Of a DNA stretch of 32,000 nucleotides, positions 23,155 to 31,779 are shown in pieces (the first letter of the stretch is position 1; every line of letters starts with the position of its first letter). The stretch spans positions 2,820,001 through 2,852,000 of the forward strand of contig NC_016803.1 in NCBI RefSeq assembly GCF_000189295.2. The letters are read 5' to 3'. The stretch comes from Pseudodesulfovibrio mercurii (lineage in GTDB: Bacteria > Desulfobacterota > Desulfovibrionia > Desulfovibrionales > Desulfovibrionaceae). The notes beneath the pieces are model-generated. The model worked only from the letters and a program-made list of their open reading frames with translations, was not told where the DNA came from and ran no database searches. Made by a program: the position numbers and the translations under genes.

Positions 23155-23526
23155 ATGACGGGCAAATCCAGCAAGAACAGTGCGTCCGGCCCGGTGCGGG
23201 CCGTTTTCGATCCGGTGGCGGCCAGCGCGGACATGGGCTTGACCCTTGAGGAGTTCGCGCCGCTGCTGCCCAAGGCGGCCACGGAGATCCGCCTACGCCT
23301 GGACGCGGTCCGGCAGGGCGTGGCCGACGACGACCTGCGCGCCGTGACCCTGAACAGCCATACCGCCAAGAGCATCGCCGCCACCCTCGGGGCCGAGGCC
23401 ACCCGGCAGGCCGCCCTCGACCTCGAACTCTGCGCCCGATCCGGCGACCGGGCGAGTTGCCCCCGGCTCCTCGCCGAACTGGAAGAACACGCCGCCGCAT
23501 TGCTGGGCGCGTTGGATAAGGCGTAG
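23155..23526 (+). CDS. Stand-alone Hpt (histidine phosphotransfer) domain protein
   Basis: 123 aa. Four-helix-bundle-like sequence with the candidate phospho-His in LNSHTAKSIAATLGAEA (the usual H-x-x-K-[GS] context). Confidence 0.7.
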   Translation: MTGKSSKNSASGPVRAVFDPVAASADMGLTLEEFAPLLPKAATEIRLRLDAVRQGVADDDLRAVTLNSHTAKSIAATLGAEATRQAALDLELCARSGDRASCPRLLAELEEHAAALLGALDKA

Positions 23527-23629
23527 GCGTTTTTTACATCAGGACCTGAGGGCGCTTCGCGGCGATGGACAGGAGCTCCGGGGCTCGAACCCTTTCCCAT
23601 TTATGCGCCTTCGGCGCGGAGGCCATGGG

Positions 23630-23670
23630 AAAGCCCGCCCCGTCCGACAGGACGGGGCGGGCTTTTTGTT
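23630..23670. terminator. Bidirectional rho-independent terminator shared by the convergent Hpt and phoU genes
   Basis: A 16-bp stem, aaagcccgccccgtcc (23630-23645) against ggacggggcgggcttt (23650-23665), with loop gaca. A T-run lies on the plus side and TTTCCC on the minus side. Confidence 0.8.
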
Positions 23671-23685
23671 TCGTGCTGTGGTGGA

Positions 23686-24351
23686 TCAGCCCCGGCAGTT
23701 GTGTTTCATGCTGGTGCCTTCCACGATGAAGACCACGGTCTCGGCCACGTTGGTGGACAGGTCGCCGATGCGCTCCAGGTGGCGCGAGCCGATGATGGCG
23801 TGCACGCCCCGCTCCACGATGCGCGACTCGGCCACCATGTCCGAGACCATCTGGCGCAGGATGGAGATGGTCAGGTCGTCGGCCTTGTCGTCCATGCGGC
23901 AGATCTGCCCGGCCAGGTTGACGTCGTCGTCCACGTAGGCCTTGAGCGCCTCGGAGAGCATCTTCTTGACCGTGTTGGCCAGGTCTTCCATCTTGGGGTT
24001 GTGCGGCATGGGCGGCCGGGTGGACAGGAAGATGGCCCGGTGGGCCAGGTTGACCGCCTCGTCGCCGAGCCGCTCCAGGTTCACCGTGATGCGCTGGGCG
24101 CCCACGATGGTTCGCAGGTCCACGGCCATGGGCTGGTCCAGGGCGAGCAGCTCCAGGCTGAAGTTGTCGATCTCGTCTTCCATCTCGTTGATGGATTCGT
24201 CGCCCACGATGACCGCTTCGGCCAGGTCGGCGTCGTTCTCAAGGTAGGCCCGGACCGCCTTGTGCACGGCCGACTCGGACAGGGCCGCCATGCGCAGGAC
24301 CATGACCTTGAGGTCCTCGAGCTTTTTGGAAAAATGTGCGCGTTGTTCCAT
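23686..24351 (-). CDS. phoU: Phosphate signalling complex protein PhoU
   Basis: 221 aa with two PhoU repeats. E/D..D motifs seen: AVIVGDESINEMEDEIDN and RMDDKADDL, plus RHLERIGDLSTNVAE. Confidence 0.93.
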   Translation of the reverse strand: MEQRAHFSKKLEDLKVMVLRMAALSESAVHKAVRAYLENDADLAEAVIVGDESINEMEDEIDNFSLELLALDQPMAVDLRTIVGAQRITVNLERLGDEAVNLAHRAIFLSTRPPMPHNPKMEDLANTVKKMLSEALKAYVDDDVNLAGQICRMDDKADDLTISILRQMVSDMVAESRIVERGVHAIIGSRHLERIGDLSTNVAETVVFIVEGTSMKHNCRG

Positions 24352-24378
24352 GATGCGTTGCGTCCTTTGCTGTTCAGC

Positions 24379-25140
24379 TTAACCGAAACGGCCCGTGATG
24401 TAATCTTCCGTCTGCTTGTTGGCTGGGTTGGTGAACATGGTCTTGGTGTCGTCCACCTCGATCAGCTTGCCCATGTAGAAGAAGGCGGTGCGGTCGGACA
24501 CGCGGGCCGCCTGCTGCATGGAATGGGTGACGATGATGATCGTGAACTCCTTCTTGAGCTCGTGGATCAGGTCCTCGATCTTCTGGGTGGCGATGGGGTC
24601 CAGCGCCGAGGCGGGTTCGTCCATGAGCAGGACCTCGGGCTCCACGGCCAGGGCGCGGGCGATGCACAGCCGCTGCTGCTGGCCGCCGGACAGGCCCAGC
24701 GCCGAGGTGTGCAGCCGGTCCTTGACCTCGTCCCACAGGGCCGCGCCCAGCAGGCTCTCCTCGACCTTCTGCTCCATGAACTGCTTGTCCTTCACCCCGT
24801 TGACCCGCAGCCCGTAGGCCACGTTTTCGAAGATCGTCTTGGGAAAGGGGTTGGGCTTCTGGAAGACCATGCCGATGCGCCGACGCAGGGAGACCACATC
24901 CAGCCCCGGGGCGTAGATGTCCTGGCCGTCCAGGGTCATCTTCCCGTTCACCCGGGTGCCGGGGATGAGGTCGTTCATGCGGTTGATACAGCGCAGATAG
25001 GTGGACTTGCCGCAGCCGGACGGCCCGATGAGTGCGGTGACCCGGTTTGACTCGAAGTCGATGCTGATGTCCTCCAGGGCCTTGAAGTCTCCGTAGTGGA
25101 AATCAAGGTTGGTGGAGGACACCTTTATGGTCGTCGTCAT
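24379..25140 (-). CDS. pstB: Phosphate ABC transporter ATP-binding protein PstB
   Basis: ORF 24379..25224; preferred start is the ATG at 25140 ([17 protein letters not shown]). Walker [10 protein letters not shown], signature [14 protein letters not shown], Walker [13 protein letters not shown] and the PstB-typical end [10 protein letters not shown] are present. Confidence 0.95.
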   Translation of the reverse strand: MTTTIKVSSTNLDFHYGDFKALEDISIDFESNRVTALIGPSGCGKSTYLRCINRMNDLIPGTRVNGKMTLDGQDIYAPGLDVVSLRRRIGMVFQKPNPFPKTIFENVAYGLRVNGVKDKQFMEQKVEESLLGAALWDEVKDRLHTSALGLSGGQQQRLCIARALAVEPEVLLMDEPASALDPIATQKIEDLIHELKKEFTIIIVTHSMQQAARVSDRTAFFYMGKLIEVDDTKTMFTNPANKQTEDYITGRFG

Positions 25141-25234
25141 TGTTCGTGCTCCGTGGCAATTGAAAAAGTGTGTTCCGCCAGCGGCGCAACGCACCACGAG
25201 TAACCCGGTGGAGTTACGAGACAATGACTCGTTT

Positions 25235-25252
25235 GTGACAATTGCGTCACAG
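25235..25252 (-). promoter_or_regulatory. Candidate Pho box (PhoB-type direct repeat) upstream of pstB
   Basis: The minus strand reads CTGTGAC-GCAA-TTGTCAC, two 7-mers with 11-bp periodicity. By hand alignment it matches 13/18 of the E. coli consensus CTGTCATAWAWCTGTCAY. It lies about 95 nt upstream of the pstB ATG. It can also be read as the palindrome TGTGAC-N6-GTCACA. Confidence 0.35.
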
Positions 25253-25260
25253 CCTCGAAG

Positions 25261-25914
25261 CTAGGGCACGGCCACCAGGACATGGAGTTCGTTCCCGGCG
25301 GTCTGGAGGTCCGGCTCCAGCCGCTTTTTCGGCGGGGTGCGGAAGTGCACGACCATGCGGAAGCGGTCCGGGTGTTCGCCCAGGACCAGGTGCTTGACCG
25401 CGCCCTCGGAGCGCAGGACGTTGCCGCCCCGGTAGCGCCACGCGCCGGGCAGATCCACCACCAGCCGTATGGGGTTGTCCAGGTGCATGATCGAGGCCTC
25501 GCCCACGGGCCGGTCCGCGACCACGGTGATGCTGAAGCCGAGGGCGGTCTCGTCCAGGGTCACGGCGCGGATCACGCCCTCGCCCCCGACCGGTGCCAGG
25601 GCCGGGATCTCCGCCTGTCCGGCGGCCGCGTCTTTTGCCTGCTGGTCGGGCTGCGGGGCGTCGGGAGCGGGCCCGGCGGCCTCGGGAGCGGGCACGGTTT
25701 CCGGCTGGTCCAGGGGGGGCTCGGCGGGCGTGGCCGGGGCCTCGGTGCCGTCGGGCAGGACGACGGGAAGGACCGTGAAGTCCACGCCCATGCGCACCTC
25801 GTGACGCGCCTCGTCCTGGGCCGCGGCCGGGCGGGAGGACAGGGCCGCCACGGCGGGCACGACAGCGGCGCAGACGGCCAGGAACAGGAACCAGTGCCGG
25901 AATGTCTTGAACAT
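25261..25914 (-). CDS. Secreted AMIN-domain protein with a Pro/Ala-rich linker
   Basis: 217 aa. It has a signal peptide (FLFLAVCAAVVPAVAA), a low-complexity PAxP linker and a C-terminal beta-rich block (IRAVTLDETALGFSITVVADRPV...IRLVVDLPGA...FRMVVHF) resembling AMIN domains. Confidence 0.65.
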   Translation of the reverse strand: MFKTFRHWFLFLAVCAAVVPAVAALSSRPAAAQDEARHEVRMGVDFTVLPVVLPDGTEAPATPAEPPLDQPETVPAPEAAGPAPDAPQPDQQAKDAAAGQAEIPALAPVGGEGVIRAVTLDETALGFSITVVADRPVGEASIMHLDNPIRLVVDLPGAWRYRGGNVLRSEGAVKHLVLGEHPDRFRMVVHFRTPPKKRLEPDLQTAGNELHVLVAVP

Positions 25915-25987
25915 GCGAACCCCTCGCTGAAGGAAAACTCTAGGGGGATATACTGGATTTGTCGGCCAAAGGCAAAGCCCGAAGCGG

Positions 25988-26947
25988 TCAGAGGCTCTCG
26001 TAGTAGGCGCCCAGTTCGCGGGCCACTCGCCGGTCGGACCAGCACGTCTCCATGAACCGGCGACCCGCCTCCCCGGCCTGTTCGCAGGCCTCGCGGTCCT
26101 TGGCCAGGCGGAACAGGAGGTCGGCCAGTTCGTCCTGGTTGCGGGCCGTGAGCCAGGGCAGTTCGCCGGTCCCGGCGAACTCGGCGATGCGCGCCCGGTT
26201 CCAGTCGTCCAGCCCGGCGATGACGGCCAGCCCCTGGGACAGCCCCTCCAGGCTGGACACCCCGTAGTAGCCCTGCATGTGGTCGAACAGGGCGTGGCAG
26301 CGCCGCTTGCGGGCCAGGCACTCCTGGTTGGGCACGTCGTCGATGAGGTCCACGGACAGGTACACGGTGCGCCGGTTGACGTGCTTGACCGCGGCCAGGA
26401 ACTCCTCGGTGTTCTTGAGGTCCCTGCGGGTGGGCGAGTGGCAGACCTTGAGTTGGCCCGGATCGTCGAAGCGGCCCCACATGGGCTTGAGCAGGGGGTC
26501 GTCGATGGGCACCAGGTTGGGCTGCCAGCGGGCCTCGGGCAGGAGCCTGAGCAGGTCCGGGGTGGACACGAGCAGGTTGGTCCGCTTGAGGCGGCGGTAT
26601 TTCTCGCGGAAGGCTTCGGGGTGGGCGCGGAAGTCGTGGTGGCCGTGGTGGTGGTGGACCACGATCTTGCCCTTGAGATAGTCGGCGGGCCTGAGCGGGC
26701 CGAAGGGCTGGTGCTCGTCGCAGGTCATGTGGAAGTGGAGGACGTCCGCCTCGCGCAGGAGGATGGCCAGTTCCTCCACGCCGTCCGGGCCGAGGTCCGG
26801 GACGTGCAGGTCCTTTTCCCAGCCGTGGGTGTAGCGGGTCTCCAGGGTGGCCAGACGCGCCGAGTGCCCGGTGTGGCGGTTGAGCGCCTTGCAGAACTGG
26901 ATGGCGGTCCCGGCGGGATCGTTCACGGCAAGCATGAGGATGCGCAT
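25988..26947 (-). CDS. Glycosyltransferase-like protein (GT-B fold, family-1/4-like)
   Basis: ORF 25988..26989. Preferred start is the ATG at 26947 (MRILMLAVNDPAGTA) with AAGGAAGGAAG upstream. The C-terminal half has YYGVSSLEGLSQGLAVIAG, similar to the nucleotide-sugar binding region of GT1/GT4 enzymes. The assignment is moderately uncertain. Confidence 0.6.
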   Translation of the reverse strand: MRILMLAVNDPAGTAIQFCKALNRHTGHSARLATLETRYTHGWEKDLHVPDLGPDGVEELAILLREADVLHFHMTCDEHQPFGPLRPADYLKGKIVVHHHHGHHDFRAHPEAFREKYRRLKRTNLLVSTPDLLRLLPEARWQPNLVPIDDPLLKPMWGRFDDPGQLKVCHSPTRRDLKNTEEFLAAVKHVNRRTVYLSVDLIDDVPNQECLARKRRCHALFDHMQGYYGVSSLEGLSQGLAVIAGLDDWNRARIAEFAGTGELPWLTARNQDELADLLFRLAKDREACEQAGEAGRRFMETCWSDRRVARELGAYYESL

Positions 26948-27252
26948 GGTCGGCTTCCTTCCTTGATGGCTGTTGTCCACGTTGTCCAACGACTCCCCTC
27001 GCCCCGGCGCGAAGTCCCTCGCCCCCCGCGCGGGAAATCGGCCCTAGATCGGCTCATGCCCGGACCCGGCGCGCGCCGGGGGTTCCGGCTCGGCCGTCCC
27101 GTCTTCGTCGTCTCCCGCCCCGCGTCCGTCGGTTTCCGGCCCCTGTCCCGCCGGGTTCGGGCCGGTGCGGGGAGCGCGATTCGGACGAGTCTAGCGTGAA
27201 CGGGCGCATTTCGTCCAGGTGGACGCCGCCCGGGGCGCCGGAAATCCGGGAC

Positions 27253-27801
27253 CTAGAACCGGGTGTCCCGAGCGTTTCCGTTGCCGACAAGGGCGTGCTG
27301 GAACTTGTTCAGCTTCTTGACCCAGACGTCCCCGGTCCGGGTGTTGAACATGAGCTTGCGGCCCTCGGAGCCGCCCACGTCCTGGGCCTGGATGTCCAGC
27401 CGGGCGAACTTGAGCAGCTTCTTGGCCATCTCGATGTTGCGCCTGCCTATGTTGTAGGAGCCCGAGGGCACGTTGTTGACGGCCACGCCCTGGCCGCCGC
27501 CGAACATCTTGATGCACAGGTCGCGGCGGGGCACGCCGATCTTGTCCATGGTCTCGAGCATGTTCTGGAGCGCCGTGTCCACGAAGCGGCAGATCTGCGG
27601 CTCCGCGCCCTGGGCATGTCGGGAGATGGAGCTGTCCGGAAGGAAGGCGTGGCAGATGGTCCCGATGCCCATCTTGGGCGCGTGGATGGTCACGGCCAGG
27701 CACGAGCCGAGGACGGTGGTCACCAGGGTGGGCTGCACCCCGATGAAGCAGTCGCCCGTTTGCAGGAATATCTTGGCCAGTCCCGGCCCCGCTGCATTCA
27801 T
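27253..27801 (-). CDS. cheD: Chemoreceptor glutamine deamidase CheD
   Basis: ORF 27253..27837; preferred start is the ATG at 27801 with GGAGA upstream. Motifs seen: LVTTVLGSCLAVTIH (catalytic Cys context), ICHAFLP, KMFGGG, NIGRRNIEMAKKLLKFARLDIQAQDVGGSEGRKLMFNTRTGDVWVK. Confidence 0.9.
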   Translation of the reverse strand: MNAAGPGLAKIFLQTGDCFIGVQPTLVTTVLGSCLAVTIHAPKMGIGTICHAFLPDSSISRHAQGAEPQICRFVDTALQNMLETMDKIGVPRRDLCIKMFGGGQGVAVNNVPSGSYNIGRRNIEMAKKLLKFARLDIQAQDVGGSEGRKLMFNTRTGDVWVKKLNKFQHALVGNGNARDTRF

Positions 27802-27999
27802 GTTCGTCTCCGGTTCGGGGAACGGCGCCCCCGGCAATGCATCATGGTATAAAATGCGACATTTTGTTGCGGGAAGTCAACCGAACAGAGGCTTTCCGGG
27901 CCGCCTTGTACACCAAATCAGCCGGGTGTCCAATTTATAAAAGGGTGCATATGGCAAGGGTGCCGGTATTCATGTATGCAGGAGATTGCGGAGGTGTCC

Positions 28000-30588
28000 A
28001 TGCAGGGACGGAATCGGAGAGTCTTTTTCCTCTTGCTGATCATGGTGGGCCTGGTGGCCGTGGTGTCCATGTACGCCACCAGGCTGCTGTTCGACACGGC
28101 CGTCGCCGAGGAACGGGTCCGGCTGCGGGAACTGGTCGAGAGCCAGGCCGGCCTGGCCGTGGAGATGGGCTGGATGGCCCAGGGGGGCGGTGCCGCGACG
28201 GTCTCCAAGGAGGCGCTCCTCGGGCATCTCGGCCGGGCCCAGCGCCGGTTCGAACTGAAGAGCCGGTCCGGCGAGTTTCTGGTGGCCCGGCTGGACGACG
28301 GGAAGCCCCGCTACCTGCTGATCAACGGAATGCCCGTGGACGCCGCCGACGCCGGGACGCCCTCGGAGCGGGCCGACGACGAGGCCATGCGGCGGGCCCT
28401 GTCCGGGGAGAGCGGGACCCTGACGGGTCCGGACGGCCGGGGGATCGAGGTCCTGGCCGCCTTTGCGCCCATGGCCCTGGGCGACGGCGCGTTCGGCCTG
28501 GTGGCCAAGATCGACCTGGAGCAGATCCGCGCCCCGTTTATCCGGGCCAACCTGCAGATCTTCGGCGTGGGCCTGGTCCTGACCCTGCTCTGCACCTACC
28601 TGTTCCTGAAGGTCAGCGAACCGCTCATCAGCGGCCTGCAGCTGAGCGAGAAGAACTACCGCGACCTGGTGGAGGGCGCCAACAACCTGATCCTGCGCAT
28701 CAACGGGGCGGGCGAGATCACCTTCGCCAACTCCTTTGCCCGGGACTTCCTGGCGGGCCGGGACGGGGAGCTGCTCGGGGACATGCTCATGTCCTATTTC
28801 GACGTCCCGGCCGAGGGCGGCGGCCTGGACGCGGTGGTCGAGGTCATCGGCGGCCAGGGCCGCCGCAACGAGATTCCCGTGCGCATGGCCGAGGGCCGGG
28901 TGGGCTACGTCTCCTGGACGGTCAAGCTGATCATGGACCAGGGCCGTCCGGCCGAGCTGTTGTGCATCGGCAACGACGCCACCCGCATCCACAAGGCCAA
29001 CCAGGCCCAGAAGGAGTCCGAGGAGCGCTTCCGGGGGCTGGCCAAGGCCTCGCCCGTGGCCATCATCATCACCGACATCGCCGGGAACCTGCTCTACGCC
29101 AACGAGAAGATGCACGAACTGACCAGGGCCACGGCGGTCCAGCTGGCGGGCCAGGGATGGCTGAACAGCGTGCACCGCGAGGACCGCAAGCTGGTCTGGA
29201 AGCACTGGCTGGAGCGGGTCGGCCCGGCCACGGACAAGGTCGAGCTCCGGCTCATGTCCGGCAACGGGGAGTTCGTCTGGGTCCTGTGGCAGGTGGTCGA
29301 GATGGGCAACGCCCGGGGCGAGGCCGCCGGGAACATCCACACCTTCACGGACATCACCGAGATCAAGGAGGCCCAGATGGCCATGAGCCGGTTGACCGCG
29401 GCCATCGACCAGGCGGCCGAGATGATCGTCATGACCGACCTGGAGGGGGTCATGACCTACGTCAACCCGGCCTTCGAGGCGGTCTCGGGCTTTTCCCGGC
29501 ACGAGGCCGTGGGCCGGACCCCCGGTATCCTGGCGGGCGGCGAGCACCGGCCGGAATTCTTCGCCGACATGTGGAAGACCATCACCGGCGGCGAGGTCTG
29601 GAAGGGGCGCATCGTCAACCGGCGCAAGAACGGCGAGCGCTACACACTGGAGTCGAGCATCGGCCCCATCCGCAACCACGCGGGCGAGCTCATCGGCTTC
29701 GTCGGCGTGGGCCGGGACATCACCCGCCAGTTGGTGGTGGAGTCGCAGCTCCGGCAGTCGCAGAAGCTCGAATCCATCGGCGAGCTGGCCGCTGGCATCG
29801 CCCACGAGATCAACACCCCGACCCAGTACGTGACCTCCAACCTGCAATTCCTGAGCGACTCCTGCGGGACCTATTCCAAGGCCGTCGAGCGCTGCCGGGA
29901 GCTGGTCCGCTTCGTTGCGGAGCACCCCGACCTGTTCCCGGACGAGGTCTTCCGCGAGCGGGCCGCGTCCGCCCTGGACGAGGAGGAGATGGCCTACCTG
30001 GCCGAGGACGTGCCCAACGCCCTGGAGGAGTCCGCGGCCGGGCTCAAGCGCATTGCCGAGATCGTCCGCTCCATCAAGCAGCTGGCCCACCCCGGCGAGC
30101 TGGCCAAGGCCTTCCACGACCTGAACGAGATCGTCCGCAACGCCATCACCGTGTCCACCAACGAGTGGAAGTACGTGGCGGGCATGGAGTTCGCGCCGGA
30201 CGATTCCCTGGCCCCGGTCTTCTGCCTCAAGGGCGAGGTGGGCCAGGTGGTCCTGAACCTGATCGTCAACGCGGCCCATGCCATCGAGTCCCGGCTCAAG
30301 GGGAGCGACGGCCAGGGAATCATCACCATCCGCACCCGGGCCGAAGGGGAGTACGCGGTGCTCTCGGTCACGGACACGGGCACGGGCATGTCCCCGGAGG
30401 TGGCGGCCAAGGCGTTCGACCCCTTCTTCACCACCAAGGAGGTGGGCAAGGGCACGGGCCAGGGGCTGGCCATCGCCCACAACGTGGTCGTCGGCATGCA
30501 CGGCGGCCGCATCGAGATCGACACTGTTGAGGGCCAGGGCACGACCTTCACGGTCCGGCTGCCCTTCGAGGAGCTTCCGGCGGACTAG
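28000..30588 (+). CDS. Sensor histidine kinase (TM, periplasmic Cache-like domain, TM, three PAS domains, DHp with HEINTP H-box, HATPase_c)
   Basis: - ORF 27976..30588; preferred start is the ATG at 28000 (GGAGG 5 nt upstream). 27976 is the alternative.
- TM1 VFFLLLIMVGLVAVVSMY.
- Periplasmic block ...IEVLAAFAPMALGDGAFGLVAKIDLEQI.
- TM2 IFGVGLVLTLLCTYLFL.
- PAS cores ITFANSFARDFL, LLYANEKMHELT and MTYVNPAFEAVSGF.
- H-box ELAAGIAHEINTPTQY, then NLIVNAAHAI, DTGTGM and GTGQGLAI. Confidence 0.93.
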   Translation: MQGRNRRVFFLLLIMVGLVAVVSMYATRLLFDTAVAEERVRLRELVESQAGLAVEMGWMAQGGGAATVSKEALLGHLGRAQRRFELKSRSGEFLVARLDDGKPRYLLINGMPVDAADAGTPSERADDEAMRRALSGESGTLTGPDGRGIEVLAAFAPMALGDGAFGLVAKIDLEQIRAPFIRANLQIFGVGLVLTLLCTYLFLKVSEPLISGLQLSEKNYRDLVEGANNLILRINGAGEITFANSFARDFLAGRDGELLGDMLMSYFDVPAEGGGLDAVVEVIGGQGRRNEIPVRMAEGRVGYVSWTVKLIMDQGRPAELLCIGNDATRIHKANQAQKESEERFRGLAKASPVAIIITDIAGNLLYANEKMHELTRATAVQLAGQGWLNSVHREDRKLVWKHWLERVGPATDKVELRLMSGNGEFVWVLWQVVEMGNARGEAAGNIHTFTDITEIKEAQMAMSRLTAAIDQAAEMIVMTDLEGVMTYVNPAFEAVSGFSRHEAVGRTPGILAGGEHRPEFFADMWKTITGGEVWKGRIVNRRKNGERYTLESSIGPIRNHAGELIGFVGVGRDITRQLVVESQLRQSQKLESIGELAAGIAHEINTPTQYVTSNLQFLSDSCGTYSKAVERCRELVRFVAEHPDLFPDEVFRERAASALDEEEMAYLAEDVPNALEESAAGLKRIAEIVRSIKQLAHPGELAKAFHDLNEIVRNAITVSTNEWKYVAGMEFAPDDSLAPVFCLKGEVGQVVLNLIVNAAHAIESRLKGSDGQGIITIRTRAEGEYAVLSVTDTGTGMSPEVAAKAFDPFFTTKEVGKGTGQGLAIAHNVVVGMHGGRIEIDTVEGQGTTFTVRLPFEELPAD

Positions 30589-30768
30589 AGGGTGTCGTCA
30601 CGAGACCTTTCCGTTGCGTTTGTGAAGTATCCCAACTGGCTGCGTTGTCAGGGGAAGATGAATTCTGACGTAGCCTGAACTACGCCTGCAATCCATTTTT
30701 CCCTTCCGCCTTGCCCGTTGAAATAATGCACAAAACTCACAACGAAAATCTCATGACGACACCCTCTA
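30586..30768. mobile_element. MITE-like (or sRNA/terminator-like) insertion bounded by inverted repeats between two convergent stop codons
   Basis: - The 18-bp terminal inverted repeats are gagggtgtcgtcacgaga (30588-30605) and tctcatgacgacaccctc (30749-30766), matching 17/18.
- They are flanked by TA (30586-30587) and TA (30767-30768).
- The 143-nt core is about 48% G+C by hand count, in a much GC-richer background.
- No ORF lies inside. Confidence 0.5.
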
Positions 30769-31779
30769 ATCGCCGGGCTCGCGGATGTGGTCCTCCTCCA
30801 TGAGAGTCAGGGCGATGTCCACCGCTTCCGCGTCGAACAGCGTGTCCCGTCCCCCGAGGAGGTACCTGGCCGCCTCGCCCCGGCCCAGGCCGTGGCGGTA
30901 GGGCCGGTGGGTGATGATGGCGTCGATGACGTCGGCCACGGCCAGAATCCTGGACTGGAGCAGCAGCCCGTCCCCGGTCAGCCCGTCGGGATAGCCGGAC
31001 CCGTCCAGCCGTTCGTGGTGCTCCCGGATCATCCGGGCGATGGGCCAGACCACGCCCAGCCCCTTGAATATCTCGGCCCCCACCTCGGCGTGGGCCTTGA
31101 TGATCGTGAACTCGGCGTCGCTCAGTTCCCCCAGCTTGTTCAGCAGGTGCGAGGGCACGGCCACCTTGCCGATGTCGTGGACCATGGCGGCCAGGCGCAG
31201 CCCCGCCACGTCGTCGTCGGCCATGCCCATGCGCTCGGCGATCATGACCGCGATGTCGGCGGTCCGGTCCATGTGCCCGGAGGTGTACGGGTCGCGGAAC
31301 TCCACCAGCCGGGTGAAGGCGCGCAGGGACTGCTCGAAGCCGTCCTTGAGCCTGCGCACGATTTCCAGCTCCCTGGCGGCCCGGACCATGTCGGCGTGCT
31401 CGATGCCCGCGTCGATGGCCATGGCCAGGTCGTCCGGCTCGGACGGCTTGGTCAGGAAGCGGAAGATGGCCCCGGTGTTCACGGCCCGGATGGCCGTGTC
31501 CATGTCCGCGTAGCCGGTCAGGATCATGCGCACGGTGTCCGGGTACAGCTCGGCCACCCTGGCGAGCAGGGTGATGCCGTCCATGTCCGGCATCTTGAAG
31601 TCCGAGACCACCACGGTGAACGGGCCGCGGGCCGCCATGGCCTCGAGGGCCGCCTCGCCGCCGGGGGCGGTGTGCACGTCGAACCGTCCGCGCAGGGTCC
31701 GGCGGTGGGCCTCAAGCACCTTGGGCTCGTCGTCCACCAGGAGCACCGGGACGTTCTCGTGGGTTCGCGCCCCGGCCAT
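30766..31779 (-). CDS. Response regulator with HD-GYP output domain (RpfG-type)
   Basis: 337 aa. The receiver has VLLVDDEP and VVVSDFKMPDMDG (phospho-acceptor Asp) plus FLTKP. The HD-GYP part has TSGHMDR, AMVHDIGKVAV, HHERLDGSGYPDGL and ADVIDAIITHRPY. Confidence 0.93.
   Translation of the reverse strand: MAGARTHENVPVLLVDDEPKVLEAHRRTLRGRFDVHTAPGGEAALEAMAARGPFTVVVSDFKMPDMDGITLLARVAELYPDTVRMILTGYADMDTAIRAVNTGAIFRFLTKPSEPDDLAMAIDAGIEHADMVRAARELEIVRRLKDGFEQSLRAFTRLVEFRDPYTSGHMDRTADIAVMIAERMGMADDDVAGLRLAAMVHDIGKVAVPSHLLNKLGELSDAEFTIIKAHAEVGAEIFKGLGVVWPIARMIREHHERLDGSGYPDGLTGDGLLLQSRILAVADVIDAIITHRPYRHGLGRGEAARYLLGGRDTLFDAEAVDIALTLMEEDHIREPGD

Noticed and set aside
25234-25251. TGTGAC-N6-GTCACA read as a CRP/FNR-family site
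   Set aside because: As 5-mers, the half-sites TGTGA/TCACA are separated by 8 nt rather than the canonical 6. The phased direct-repeat (Pho-box) reading fits the pstB context better. It is kept only as a low-confidence regulatory call.
27070-27085. A perfect 16-bp palindrome, cccggcgcgcgccggg, downstream of cheD, considered as a terminator
   Set aside because: No U-tract lies on either strand. Such GC palindromes arise easily at this base composition, and I found no second copy in the window.
27950-27965. A sigma54-like TGGCA...TGC motif (atggcaagggtgccgg) upstream of the kinase, and TGGCAC strings at 12060, 16296 and 23046
   Set aside because: The GG-to-GC spacing is about 9 nt instead of the required ~12 nt in the intergenic case. 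The other occurrences lie inside coding sequence without a TTGC partner.
27837-30530. An 897-aa plus-strand ORF (off-frame) and an 843-aa minus-strand ORF (27970-30501), both overlapping the triple-PAS kinase
   Set aside because: The frame starting at 27976/28000 carries the TM, PAS, H-box and ATPase motifs. The other two frames are Arg/Gly/Pro-rich or Gly/Asp/His-rich artefacts.
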